Position numbers and translations under genes: made by a program. Below the pieces are notes generated by a model. The model was not told the origin of the DNA and ran no database searches. It was given only the letters and a program-made list of their open reading frames with translations. From contig JAUWVE010000002.1 in NCBI GenBank assembly GCA_030617565.1, positions 1-36,090 on the forward strand: a stretch of DNA of 36,090 nt, read 5' to 3'. Shown here piece after piece: positions 1 through 9,309 of this stretch. The DNA comes from Gammaproteobacteria bacterium (lineage in GTDB: Bacteria; Pseudomonadota; Gammaproteobacteria; BMS3Bbin11). Every line of letters begins with the position of its first letter. Within the stretch, counting starts at the first letter, position 1.

Positions 1-1
1 T

Positions 2-481
2 GCCCTGCCTTTTCTGCTTATTCTGGTCTGGAGTCTTATCGCATTAAGCTTTATTGATTTCGACCATAAGCTGCTACCGGACAAACTGCTACTACCGATA
101 CTCTGGCTGGGACTGCTGGTCAATAGCCAGGGTCTCATTACTGATATCTATTCTTCACTTTACGGCGCAGTTGCAGGCTATCTTACCCTCTGGTTCATTT
201 TCCAGGCATTTAAACTGCTTACCGGCAAAGAAGGCATGGGCTACGGAGATTTTAAATTGCTCGCCCTGATCGGCGCCTGGCTAGGATGGCAGATGCTGCC
301 ACTGGTAATTTTACTCTCTTCACTGGTTGGTGCTGTGATAGGAATACTGGGAATATTGATACTTGGCCGTGACAGGCAACTTCCCATTCCCTTCGGACCC
401 TATTTGTCTATAGCCGGACTTATCGCCTTACTCTGGGGACAGGAAATAATTGACAGCTACCTGCAGTTTGCTGGCCTGTAG
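2..481 (+). CDS. pilD: Prepilin peptidase / N-methyltransferase PilD (A24 family), C-terminal part; 5' end lies outside the window
   Basis: Frame 2 is open from the window edge. It reads ...SFIDFDHKLLPD... then GMGYGDFKLLA, the two catalytic Asp motifs of type IV prepilin peptidases, and is hydrophobic throughout. The canonical pilD-coaE adjacency is present. Confidence 0.85.
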   Translation, partial: ALPFLLILVWSLIALSFIDFDHKLLPDKLLLPILWLGLLVNSQGLITDIYSSLYGAVAGYLTLWFIFQAFKLLTGKEGMGYGDFKLLALIGAWLGWQMLPLVILLSSLVGAVIGILGILILGRDRQLPIPFGPYLSIAGLIALLWGQEIIDSYLQFAGL

Positions 482-490
482 ATAATCTAC

Positions 491-1096
491 ATGTTACGCA
501 TTGGCCTGACAGGTGGTATCGGTAGTGGCAAAACGACAGTAGCGAATTATTTTTCTTCTCTTGCTATAGACGTCATCGATGCCGATGAAATTGTTCACCA
601 AATAAGTGTACCTGGACAGAAATGCTTTGAGGCTATCACCGAATATTTTAGCGAAGATATTCTTAATGCCGATGGCACTATTAACCGCAAGGCTCTCTCT
701 AATAAAGTCTTCAGAAACGAAACGGCGCGTAAAAAACTGGAAGCTATACTCCATCCCGCAGTAAAGGCTGCCATGAAAATGGCCATACAGGAAGTCCGTT
801 CACCCTACTGCATACTCGTTATCCCATTGCTGGTTGAAACCGGCTTTACCGAGCTTGTAGACCGTGTGCTGGTCGTTACTGCAGATAGAGAAAAAAGATT
901 CGCATGGATTAAGCAGCGTAACGGTCTGAGTGACGAGCTGATTGAATCCATTATGGCCGCACAGGCCAGCGATGAAGAACGAAGGAAAATTGCAGATGAT
1001 ATTATCGAAAATGATGGTTCGCTGGAATCTCTGCTGCAACAGGTAAAACTACTGGATCAAAAATATAGAGGGTTAACACTAAAGACTAAAGACTAA
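491..1096 (+). CDS. coaE: Dephospho-CoA kinase
   Basis: N-terminal P-loop MLRIGLTGGIGSGKTT, about 200 aa, immediately downstream of pilD as in many proteobacteria. Confidence 0.9.
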   Translation: MLRIGLTGGIGSGKTTVANYFSSLAIDVIDADEIVHQISVPGQKCFEAITEYFSEDILNADGTINRKALSNKVFRNETARKKLEAILHPAVKAAMKMAIQEVRSPYCILVIPLLVETGFTELVDRVLVVTADREKRFAWIKQRNGLSDELIESIMAAQASDEERRKIADDIIENDGSLESLLQQVKLLDQKYRGLTLKTKD

Positions 1097-1139
1097 AGGC
1101 AATCAATATCGCATTTGTTTTTTCATCTTTAGTCTTTAG
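1079..1139. terminator. Hairpin between convergent coaE and argJ, built from inverted heptamer arrays (CTAAAGA)x3 and (TCTTTAG)x2
   Basis: actaaagactaaaga (1078-1092) is the exact reverse complement of tctttagtctttagt (1126-1140). A T6 run (1117-1123) lies in the loop, and the flank on the argJ side is T-rich. Function as a bidirectional terminator is inferred. Confidence 0.45.
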
Positions 1140-1158
1140 TCCTTCGTCTTCTTTTCTT

Positions 1159-2358
1159 TTACGTCCTATACTCCGCATTAATACGAATATACTCATGACT
1201 CAAATCTGAGGTCCACACGGTTACCGACTCAGCAGTACTACCTAATTTTATATCAATGGTAATTTCTATGTCCGCAACTGCCTGCAGACCTGCATCTTCT
1301 GTATACGAAGGATCTGGTTCCCCTGCTGTGACTATGGCAACACCATTAAGCATTATATTCACCTGGCTGATATCCAGTGAACTGACGGCTGCACGGCCTA
1401 CTGCTGCCAGTATGCGGCCCCAGTTCGGGTCTGAAGCAAACAATGCCGTTTTGACCAGAGGTGATTCGGCAACGGTGTAGGCAACAGCGAGGCAATCATT
1501 TTCTGATTCAGCACCACTAACATTGATGGTAATGAATTTTGTCGCGCCTTCTGCATCACGAATTATGGCCTGCGCCAGGCCCTGCATCAATTCAGTCAGA
1601 GCAGTGGAAAATTGGGCAAATTCTGCGCTGTCAGCCTTAATCGGCTGCATATCCACCGCTCCACTTGCCAGCAGGGTGCAGGCATCATTGGTCGATGTGT
1701 CACCATCAACGGTAATGCGATTGAATGAAATACCTGTGGCCTTGTTTAGTAGTTTTTGAAGTACGGCTTGTTCTATTACCGCATCGGTGGCAATGAAGGC
1801 AAGCATGGTGGCCATATCAGGACGAATCATACCGGCCCCTTTTGCCATGCCGGTGATGTTTACTTCACACCCAGCTATGTCTAGCTTCCTCGACAACAGT
1901 TTCGGTACCGTATCGGTAGTCAGAATCGCCTTTGCTGCACGTACCCAGGCATCTGCTTCTGCACTGAGACTCTTCACGCAATCTGGAATTGCCGCTGCAA
2001 ATGCCTGAACAGGTATTTGTTCCCCGATCACACCAGTAGAATATGGTAGAACTTCTGACGCATCACAGCCAAGTGCCCCGGCCAGCAGCTCACAACACTG
2101 GACTGTATTCTTCATGCCTTTTTCACCAGTACCGGCATTCGCATTGCCGGAATTAACCAGTAATGCTCGAGGCATAGATTGTGTGATGTGTTCTTTTGCT
2201 AATTGAACCGGTGCAGCTGAAAATTTATTCTGAGTAAAAACAGTCGCACAACTTGACCCTGCCTGACATTCAATAACAACAAGATCGTCTCTGTCTGTAT
2301 AGCGTATGCCTGCAGCTGCTGTTGCTAATCGAATTCCTTTAACCGGGTATATTGTCAT
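1159..2358 (-). CDS. argJ: Bifunctional ornithine acetyltransferase / N-acetylglutamate synthase
   Basis: 399 aa with the ArgJ autoprocessing region ...PDMATMLAFIATDA... and typical length. Confidence 0.92.
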   Translation of the reverse strand: MTIYPVKGIRLATAAAGIRYTDRDDLVVIECQAGSSCATVFTQNKFSAAPVQLAKEHITQSMPRALLVNSGNANAGTGEKGMKNTVQCCELLAGALGCDASEVLPYSTGVIGEQIPVQAFAAAIPDCVKSLSAEADAWVRAAKAILTTDTVPKLLSRKLDIAGCEVNITGMAKGAGMIRPDMATMLAFIATDAVIEQAVLQKLLNKATGISFNRITVDGDTSTNDACTLLASGAVDMQPIKADSAEFAQFSTALTELMQGLAQAIIRDAEGATKFITINVSGAESENDCLAVAYTVAESPLVKTALFASDPNWGRILAAVGRAAVSSLDISQVNIMLNGVAIVTAGEPDPSYTEDAGLQAVADIEITIDIKLGSTAESVTVWTSDLSHEYIRINAEYRT

Positions 2359-2412
2359 GACTGTTTTATCTTCTTAGGCAAGTGGACTCAGAGGGTAAAA
2401 ATATTATATTAG

Positions 2413-2567
2413 ATTCGCCGCGAGGGCGCGCCTCCCACAGAAAAGCTCAAAGCTCAAAGCAGAAAGTGGGTTATATTTTTACTTTAAACTTTCAATTTTT
2501 CACTTTTTAGCTTGAAGATGTGGGAGGGGGAGGCGCCCTCACGGTGAAAGAACATTAGCCTCCCACA
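2413..2567. repeat. REP/BIME-like cluster: three GC-rich TGTGGGAGG-type units (reverse, forward, reverse-truncated) flanking heptad-phased AT-rich DNA
   Basis: attcgccgcgagggcgcgcctcccacag (2413-2440) versus tgtgggagggggaggcgccctcacggtgaa (2519-2548) are inverted copies. A third gcctcccaca lies at 2558-2567. Each unit contains a short GC hairpin (gaggg...ccctc). Confidence 0.6.
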
Positions 2568-2607
2568 AAATAATTAGTGAAATATAAAAGAGCCAGTCTC
2601 TGATTTG

Positions 2608-5304
2608 CTAGGAAATTTTACCGTGGCATTGTTTGTACTTTTTTCCTGAACCACAGGGGCATGGCTCATTACGGCCAATCTTCTTTTCCTGTCGCACAAA
2701 TGGGGTATGCCCCACTTCTGCATCAGCGGCCTGTGTCGCCTCAGCAGGGGCGGCATTCGCATCAGGATGGTTGAATTCCATGGCCTGCTGTTGCTGCTGT
2801 TGCTGCATATTCGCTTCCATCTCAGTTACTTCACTTTCTTCACGCAGCTGAACACGGGCAAGCAGTGTCGTAATTTCATGCTTGATACGCCCAAGCATAA
2901 AGGTGAACATTTCAAAGGCTTCGCGCTTATATTCCTGCTTGGGATCTTTTTGTGCATAACCACGCAGGCCGATCCCCTGGCGCAGATGGTCCATCGAGGC
3001 AAGATGGTCTTTCCAGTGACTATCAAGCACCTGCAGCGTGATGGCCTTCTCAAGATGGTTCATCACATCACTGCCATAGGCTTCAAGCTTTTCCTGATAG
3101 ATTTTATTAACAGCTACCTGCACCCGTTCACGCAGTGTTTCTTCGTGCAGCTCGTCATCCTCTTCCATCCATTCTCGCAGAGGCAATTGCAGACCGAATT
3201 CGCCCTCAAGATCTTCTTCAAGATGCTCAAGATCCCACTGCTCTGGCATGCTGCCCGGGGAAATGTAATTGGAGACTTCACTTTCTACGACATCATGACG
3301 AATTTTAGAGATATTTTCCGAGATATCATCAGTATTCATCAGATCATTGCGCTGCTTATAGATGACCTTGCGCTGCTCGCTAGCCACATCATCATATTCA
3401 AGCAGCTGCTTGCGAATATCAAAGTTACGACCTTCTACTTTTTTCTGAGCATTTTCAATGGCTTTCGATACCCACGGATGTTCAATTGCCTCACCTTCTT
3501 CCATCCCAAGCTTCTGCATGATGGACGATACTTTTTCTGAGGCAAAAATACGCATCAGACTATCTTGCAGTGAGAGATAAAAGCGCGTAGAACCCGGGTC
3601 ACCCTGACGACCTGATCGACCACGCAACTGATTATCTATTCTGCGTGATTCATGCCGTTCAGTACCAACAACATGTAAGCCGCCGGATTCAATAACCGCA
3701 TTATGTCGCTCCTGCCATTTTTCCTTTATATCAGCTCGACGTGATTCATCATCGACCTCAGCCAGTTCCATATCCAGGTTACCGCCAAGAACGATATCCG
3801 TTCCACGACCGGCCATATTGGTTGCAATCGTGATGGAACCCGGGGCGCCGGCCTGGGCAATACTATGTGCTTCACGCTCATGCTGCTTGGCGTTGAGTAC
3901 TTCGTGCTTTACGCCGGCTTTCTTCAGCAGGTTTGAGATGTATTCAGAGGAATCGATGGAAGCCGTACCCACCAACACAGGCTGGTCACGCTTTTTACAA
4001 TCCTCTACATCTTCAAGAATCGCCTGATATTTCTCTTCTACCGTGCGGAAAATTTGATCGCCGAAATCATCTCGCATGGCTTGCTGATTGGTCGGTATAA
4101 CCACCACTTCCAGACCATATATCTGGTGAAACTCAAAGGCTTCGGTATCAGCCGTACCCGTCATACCGGACAATTTGTCGTATAGACGAAAGTAATTCTG
4201 GAAAGTAATCGAAGCCAGAGTCTGGTTTTCCTGCTGAATCTTAACGCCTTCCTTTGCCTCCACTGCCTGGTGAAGACCATCCGACCAACGCCGTCCCTGC
4301 ATCATACGACCGGTGAATTCATCAATAATAACAATCTCATTATTATTCACGATGTAATCGACATCACGCTGGAACAGCATATGTGCTCTTAATGCCGCAT
4401 TCAGATGATGCAGCAGACTAATGTTACTGACATCATAAAGGCTACTTCCCTCGGACAGCATGCCAGCTTCCGCGAGCAACTTTTCTGCATGCTCATGTCC
4501 AGCTTCTGTCAGGAACGCCTGCTTGGACTTCTCATCAACCGAGTAATCTCCCGGACCGTCTTCGCTCTCCTGTTTTACCATTGAGGGGATAACAGTGTTA
4601 ATCCTGAGATAAAGCTCGCTGCTACCTTCTGCCGGGCCGGAAATGATGAGTGGCGTACGTGCCTCATCTATCAGGATGGAGTCCACCTCATCAACAATCG
4701 CAAAGGCAAGTTTTCCCTGCATTCTTTCATCAGACTGAAAGGCCATATTATCTCTAAGATAGTCAAAACCATATTCATTATTGGTACCGTAAACGACATC
4801 GCAGGCATAGGCCGCCTTTTTCTCTTCCGGGCTCTGGCCAGAATAGATGACGCCAACAGATAAGCCGAGAAAGTTATAGACTTTACCCATCCATTCCGCA
4901 TCGCGTTTGGCCAGATAATCATTCACGGTAATGACATGTACACCGTCACCAGGTAAGGCATTTAGATAGGCGGAAAGTGTAGCGACCAGTGTTTTACCCT
5001 CACCCGTGCGCATTTCAGCAATGTTTCCATTGTGCAATACCATGCCACCAACCAGCTGCGTATCGAAATGTCGCATACCCAGTGCACGCCTGGCAGCTTC
5101 TCTTACCGTTGCAAATGCCTCAGGCAACAGTGCATCAAGCGATTCACCATCCTTGTAACGTTTACGGAATTCATCGGTTCTCGCGACCAGGGCAGCATCA
5201 TCGAGTGATTCAACCGATGGTTCGAGGGCATTAATCTGATTAACAGATTTGTTGTATTTTTTAATCAGTCGCTGATTGCGGCTACCAAAAATCTTTTTAA
5301 ACAA
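2608..5304 (-). CDS. secA: Preprotein translocase ATPase SecA
   Basis: 898 aa with Walker [14 protein letters not shown]-like [19 protein letters not shown] and the C-terminal zinc motif [14 protein letters not shown]. The apparent start is TTG (5304), preceded by AGGA 7 nt upstream. Confidence 0.97.
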   Translation of the reverse strand: MFKKIFGSRNQRLIKKYNKSVNQINALEPSVESLDDAALVARTDEFRKRYKDGESLDALLPEAFATVREAARRALGMRHFDTQLVGGMVLHNGNIAEMRTGEGKTLVATLSAYLNALPGDGVHVITVNDYLAKRDAEWMGKVYNFLGLSVGVIYSGQSPEEKKAAYACDVVYGTNNEYGFDYLRDNMAFQSDERMQGKLAFAIVDEVDSILIDEARTPLIISGPAEGSSELYLRINTVIPSMVKQESEDGPGDYSVDEKSKQAFLTEAGHEHAEKLLAEAGMLSEGSSLYDVSNISLLHHLNAALRAHMLFQRDVDYIVNNNEIVIIDEFTGRMMQGRRWSDGLHQAVEAKEGVKIQQENQTLASITFQNYFRLYDKLSGMTGTADTEAFEFHQIYGLEVVVIPTNQQAMRDDFGDQIFRTVEEKYQAILEDVEDCKKRDQPVLVGTASIDSSEYISNLLKKAGVKHEVLNAKQHEREAHSIAQAGAPGSITIATNMAGRGTDIVLGGNLDMELAEVDDESRRADIKEKWQERHNAVIESGGLHVVGTERHESRRIDNQLRGRSGRQGDPGSTRFYLSLQDSLMRIFASEKVSSIMQKLGMEEGEAIEHPWVSKAIENAQKKVEGRNFDIRKQLLEYDDVASEQRKVIYKQRNDLMNTDDISENISKIRHDVVESEVSNYISPGSMPEQWDLEHLEEDLEGEFGLQLPLREWMEEDDELHEETLRERVQVAVNKIYQEKLEAYGSDVMNHLEKAITLQVLDSHWKDHLASMDHLRQGIGLRGYAQKDPKQEYKREAFEMFTFMLGRIKHEITTLLARVQLREESEVTEMEANMQQQQQQQAMEFNHPDANAAPAEATQAADAEVGHTPFVRQEKKIGRNEPCPCGSGKKYKQCHGKIS

Positions 5305-5435
5305 GGTGTGTTCCTACTTTGGATTGTCGTGAATGACAGTCAAATAAGATATTCTTTCTGATCATTCTTTGTTAAGTCTGCTGTTTTCTACCGGTGCCTG
5401 ATTTGCCTCTCAAGACACAGAGACATGTTGCAACA

Positions 5436-6386
5436 TCAGTTATCTTTTGCTTTTCGGGCAGTATACAGTCGCTTGCGAGGATTAAATCTGCGGCCATCTT
5501 TAAACATTTCAAGATGAAGGTGCGGTCCGGTTGAACGGCCGGTAGAGCCAATTTTAGCAATCACCTGATCCTGATCTATGCGGTCGCCGGTGTTGACCAT
5601 AACTTCTGATATATGGGCATAACGAGTTGAATAACCATTACCGTGGTCAATTTCAACCATATTGCCAAAACCATTCCTGTTACCGGCATATGTCACCACG
5701 CCGGCAGCCAGTGCATGAATAGGCGAACCCTTGGCTGAAGGTATATCGACACCTTTGTGGAAAACCTTTTTACCGGTGAAAGGGTCACTGCGATAGCCAT
5801 AAGAAGAAGAAATATAACCTCTTTTTACCGGCCAGCCTTTCGGGTCCAAAGACTGTTTCAGGTCTTTGTCCAGCATAATGCTTTCAAGCAAGCCCAGTTC
5901 AATGCTTTCCTGGGACAGGTTTGCTGAAACACGGTCTATAACACTTTTTAAATCTGACTGGCTAAGATGCTTGCCCGGCAATTCACTATTAGTGCCACCT
6001 AAAGCAGGTTCAATGCTGAAATCAAACTCACTCTTGTCAAGTCCGGCCATCTCAGCCAGCCTCAATCCCAGGGCATTGCTGCGCATGGATTCTGCCTGCA
6101 TACGTCCTAACTGAAGGCTCAGTGCATCAAGATTTGCCTCTGACTGCAGTCTAATATCGTCAACTTCCTGTTGTAAGGCGACCAACCTTTGTTTTTGTTC
6201 AGTGATTTTCTCACTTGCAGAATGATCGCCAGTCGCCGTAAGTTTATCTGCCAGATACCAGGCCATGCCACCAACCGTAAAGGGAACAATCAGAAACAAA
6301 GCCACACCAAGCATCCAGGTTGCGCGGGATGACAGGCATGACCGGCAGACACGGCCAGAACGTTTTGGAATGATGATTATTTGCAT
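5436..6386 (-). CDS. Membrane-anchored M23/LytM-family peptidase (murein DD-endopeptidase or EnvC-like activator)
   Basis: N-terminal TM helix, a coiled-coil-like middle region, and a C-terminal LytM signature: HKGVDI ... GSTGRSTGPHLHLE. Confidence 0.85.
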   Translation of the reverse strand: MQIIIIPKRSGRVCRSCLSSRATWMLGVALFLIVPFTVGGMAWYLADKLTATGDHSASEKITEQKQRLVALQQEVDDIRLQSEANLDALSLQLGRMQAESMRSNALGLRLAEMAGLDKSEFDFSIEPALGGTNSELPGKHLSQSDLKSVIDRVSANLSQESIELGLLESIMLDKDLKQSLDPKGWPVKRGYISSSYGYRSDPFTGKKVFHKGVDIPSAKGSPIHALAAGVVTYAGNRNGFGNMVEIDHGNGYSTRYAHISEVMVNTGDRIDQDQVIAKIGSTGRSTGPHLHLEMFKDGRRFNPRKRLYTARKAKDN

Positions 6387-6475
6387 GGTTTTCAGAAAAT
6401 CGTAAAGTTTTTAGTCCTTAGTATTTAGTACCCAAGATATTTCCCTTTTATAAGAAATATAGCTATAAAGTATGA

Positions 6476-6901
6476 ATGAAACATATATCAAGCTATATCT
6501 CACAAAGTGGCCTGAAACGTCAGGTATCCAGTGACTGGCTAACTGCGCTGTGGCATCGATCCGCGCCGTCTGCCTTGCAAAAAGTCTGTCACCCCAGTAA
6601 ATACCACGATAACTGCCTTACACTTCAGGTGGAGTCATCTATCTGGTTAAGCCGCATTCGACAGCAACAAAAATCTCTAATACGGCATCTACGCCGTAGT
6701 CGTGAATTCGCCAGTCTCGGAAAAATAAAGCTGGAGGTCTCGCCTCGTCAGATGGCTACACCACAAAAGAAGCCAAACCATTTTCACCAAAAACTATCCG
6801 ACAGCAATAAAAAACTACTTCTTAGCTCTGCCAGCCATCTGTCAGACCCTGAACTTAGTCAATCACTGGTACGACTGGCTAAAACTGCTTCAAGATCCTG
6901 A
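6476..6901 (+). CDS. DUF721 / DciA-like protein (putative replicative-helicase operator)
   Basis: 141 aa. The N-terminal half fits the DUF721 pattern (W..A.....L...C.P..Y.D..L.L.V.SS.W..R.R). It occupies the secA/lpxC neighbourhood seen in gammaproteobacteria lacking dnaC. Assigned from memory of the family only. Confidence 0.55.
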   Translation: MKHISSYISQSGLKRQVSSDWLTALWHRSAPSALQKVCHPSKYHDNCLTLQVESSIWLSRIRQQQKSLIRHLRRSREFASLGKIKLEVSPRQMATPQKKPNHFHQKLSDSNKKLLLSSASHLSDPELSQSLVRLAKTASRS

Positions 6902-6983
6902 ATTCTATATTACTTTTTCTAAACTACTTTCCTGTACTCTTCTCAAACCGACACAAACAATAAGGGCAACTCTAATAAATTCA

Positions 6984-7898
6984 CTATTGCGTGACAGGGG
7001 CGACACCTGAAAAAGGTATCGGAGCTTCCTTCGGATCATCGAAGGATACAACCTCAAAGGCACTTTCATCATTAATCAGCTTGCGTAGTAAGCGATTATT
7101 CAGCTCATGACCGGACTTGTGGGCACTGAATTCACCGATCAGCGGGTGCCCGAGAAGATATAGATCACCAATCGCATCCAGTACTTTATGCTTGACGAAT
7201 TCATCTTCGTAACGCAGGCCATCTTCATTCAAAATATGGTAATTATCCATGACAATGGCATTATCAAGACTGCCACCGCGCGCCAGACCAGCATTTCTCA
7301 ATGCCTCCAGGTCATGCATAAAACCAAAGGTTCTCGCCCGGCTGACTTCTTTGACAAAAGAGGTGGTTGAAAAATCGACTGTTGCGACCTGTATTGCATT
7401 CTTAATAACGGGGTGATCAAAATCGATGGTGAATGAAACCTTAAAACCGTCCAAAGGCTTGAACTGGGCCCATTTATCACCGTCTTCCAGTCTCAGTTTT
7501 TTCTTGATTCGGATATATTTCTTAGCACTGGGCTGTTCCTGAATACCGGCTGATTGCAACAGGAAGACAAAAGGCCCGGCACTACCATCCATAATTGGCA
7601 CTTCCGGAGCTGTCAGGTCAACATAAGCATTATCAATCCCAAGCCCGGCAAAGGCTGACATCAGATGCTCAACAGTTGAAATCTTGATGCCGTCCTTCTC
7701 CAGCGATGTGGACAATCGGGTATCGCCGACATTATCCGCGATGGCAGGAACTTCAACGGGCACATCCAGGTCGATTCGTCTAAACACCACGCCTGTATCG
7801 ACCGGTGCTGGCCTGAGTGTCAAATAAACCTTTTCACCTGTGTGGAGTCCTACACCTGTGGCACGTATCACATTTTTTAGAGTGCGTTGTTTGATCAT
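6984..7898 (-). CDS. lpxC: UDP-3-O-acyl-N-acetylglucosamine deacetylase
   Basis: Begins [24 protein letters not shown], like E. coli LpxC. The ORF-track start at 7982 adds 28 unlikely residues; I place the ATG at 7898 (plus-strand cat 7896-7898), preceded by AAGGG. Confidence 0.95.
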   Translation of the reverse strand: MIKQRTLKNVIRATGVGLHTGEKVYLTLRPAPVDTGVVFRRIDLDVPVEVPAIADNVGDTRLSTSLEKDGIKISTVEHLMSAFAGLGIDNAYVDLTAPEVPIMDGSAGPFVFLLQSAGIQEQPSAKKYIRIKKKLRLEDGDKWAQFKPLDGFKVSFTIDFDHPVIKNAIQVATVDFSTTSFVKEVSRARTFGFMHDLEALRNAGLARGGSLDNAIVMDNYHILNEDGLRYEDEFVKHKVLDAIGDLYLLGHPLIGEFSAHKSGHELNNRLLRKLINDESAFEVVSFDDPKEAPIPFSGVAPVTQ

Positions 7899-8074
7899 CT
7901 GTTTTACCCTTTTCAAGCTGAGTTCGTCAAAAAACACCCCGAAATTTGCGCAGCCTCTATAATTTGCCCATAAAGTTGACAATGCTACACGAAATTAAGG
8001 GAATTGTGTACTCCAGTTTCACATTCATACTCACCATTAGTCATTAAAAACACTACGCTAAAACACCTCTTGCA

Positions 8075-9235
8075 TCAGTCTGCCTGCCTGCGCAAAAAAG
8101 CCGGGATATCCAGATATTCGGAGCCAGTTTCCTCTCCAGGAACAAATTTCTCACCCATTTTTCGCTCCTTATTGATGCGCAGAATTGTTGGCTCATCCAG
8201 ATCGCTATAATTACCTGGAACACCAGAATCTGCCTCCTGCGGTCGCGCACCTCGCACCAGGCTTGGTTTTTGTTCTTTACGAGAAACATCATCCAGCCCT
8301 GTTGCGACGACCGTCACACGCAGCTCGTCACCCATGTCTTCATCGATAACTGCACCGATAACAATGATGGCGTCCTCATGGGTATACTCTGAGATTGCAT
8401 CACCCACTTCTGAGAACTCCCTCATGGTAATGCTGGTATTGGCTGTGATGTTAACCAGCATGCCGCGTGCACCGGAGATGTCGAAGCCTTCCAGGAATGG
8501 ACTGAAGAGTGCGCCACTTACTGCCTCGGCGGCACGGTTATCACCCGATGCGGCAGAAGAGCCCATCATCGCCTTACCCATTTCCTGCATCACGGTAGTC
8601 ACATCCGCGAAGTCAACGTTGATAAGGCCCTGGCGCGTAATCAGTTCAGCAATTCCCTGCACTGCTCCCTGCAGCACCTCATTGGCCATCGAGAAAGCAT
8701 CGGTAATCGGAGAATCTTCTACATCCAGCAGCTTCTCATTTGAGATGGTAATTAATGAGTCGACATATTCTGTCAGTTCAGAAATACCTTCATCTGCGAT
8801 CTTCATGCGTCGGTTGCCTTCAAAACGGAAGGGGCGTGAAACTACCGCTACCGTCAGTATGCCCATCTCTTTGGCCTGTTGTGCAATAACCGGTGCAGCG
8901 CCTGTTCCGGTACCACCGCCCATGCCGGCGGTGATGAATACCATGTCAGCCCCATCCAGTGCTTCAGCGATGCGGTCTTTGTCTTCCAGTGCCGCCTGCC
9001 TGCCTATCTGCGGGTCGGCACCTGCACCCAGACCTTTGGTCAGGTTTGCACCAATCTGTATCACAGAGTGTGCTGTGGAGGCATTTAATGCCTGGGCATC
9101 AGTGTTGGCCTTGATGAAATCAACGCCATCAATGTTCCCGAGCATCATATAATCTACGGCATTACCACCACCGCCGCCGATACCGATCACCTTGATCACG
9201 GCCTGTTGATTGGTTGTATCCATTAACTTAAACAT
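8075..9235 (-). CDS. ftsZ: Cell division GTPase FtsZ
   Basis: VIGIGGGGGNAV and GMGGGTGTGAAP tubulin signatures, plus the C-terminal peptide DIPAFLRRQAD. AAGGAGA lies 7 nt upstream of the ATG at 9235; the GTG at 9241 is too close to the SD. Confidence 0.97.
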   Translation of the reverse strand: MFKLMDTTNQQAVIKVIGIGGGGGNAVDYMMLGNIDGVDFIKANTDAQALNASTAHSVIQIGANLTKGLGAGADPQIGRQAALEDKDRIAEALDGADMVFITAGMGGGTGTGAAPVIAQQAKEMGILTVAVVSRPFRFEGNRRMKIADEGISELTEYVDSLITISNEKLLDVEDSPITDAFSMANEVLQGAVQGIAELITRQGLINVDFADVTTVMQEMGKAMMGSSAASGDNRAAEAVSGALFSPFLEGFDISGARGMLVNITANTSITMREFSEVGDAISEYTHEDAIIVIGAVIDEDMGDELRVTVVATGLDDVSRKEQKPSLVRGARPQEADSGVPGNYSDLDEPTILRINKERKMGEKFVPGEETGSEYLDIPAFLRRQAD

Positions 9236-9309
9236 AGTCACATCTCCTTCTTTGATGGTCTAATTTCTGTTGTCTGTAAATAATTAATAAGTTTTCATCT
9301 TCATGATGA

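Noticed and set aside
54-269. 71-aa ORF at the window start.
   Set aside because: It lies out of frame within the pilD coding region, whose frame (2-481) carries both prepilin-peptidase aspartate motifs.
2707-3540. 277-aa plus-strand ORF antisense to secA. Similar long antisense ORFs lie at 8334-9152 (opposite ftsZ), 19776-20636 (opposite murF) and 23275-23895 (opposite ftsI).
   Set aside because: They are shadow ORFs opposite strongly supported conserved genes. Their translations are low-complexity or hydrophobic nonsense with no recognisable motifs and no ribosome-binding context.
5425-5436. Perfect 12-bp palindrome ATGTTGCAACAT at the 3' end of the M23 peptidase gene.
   Set aside because: It is a single short palindrome with no U-tract and no partner site, and it overlaps the stop codon. 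This is not enough to call it an operator or terminator.
7899-7982. 28-codon N-terminal extension of the lpxC ORF (start at 7982 in the ORF track).
   Set aside because: The canonical LpxC N-terminus MIKQRTLK begins at 7898 with an SD-like AAGGG upstream. The extension has no counterpart in known LpxC proteins.
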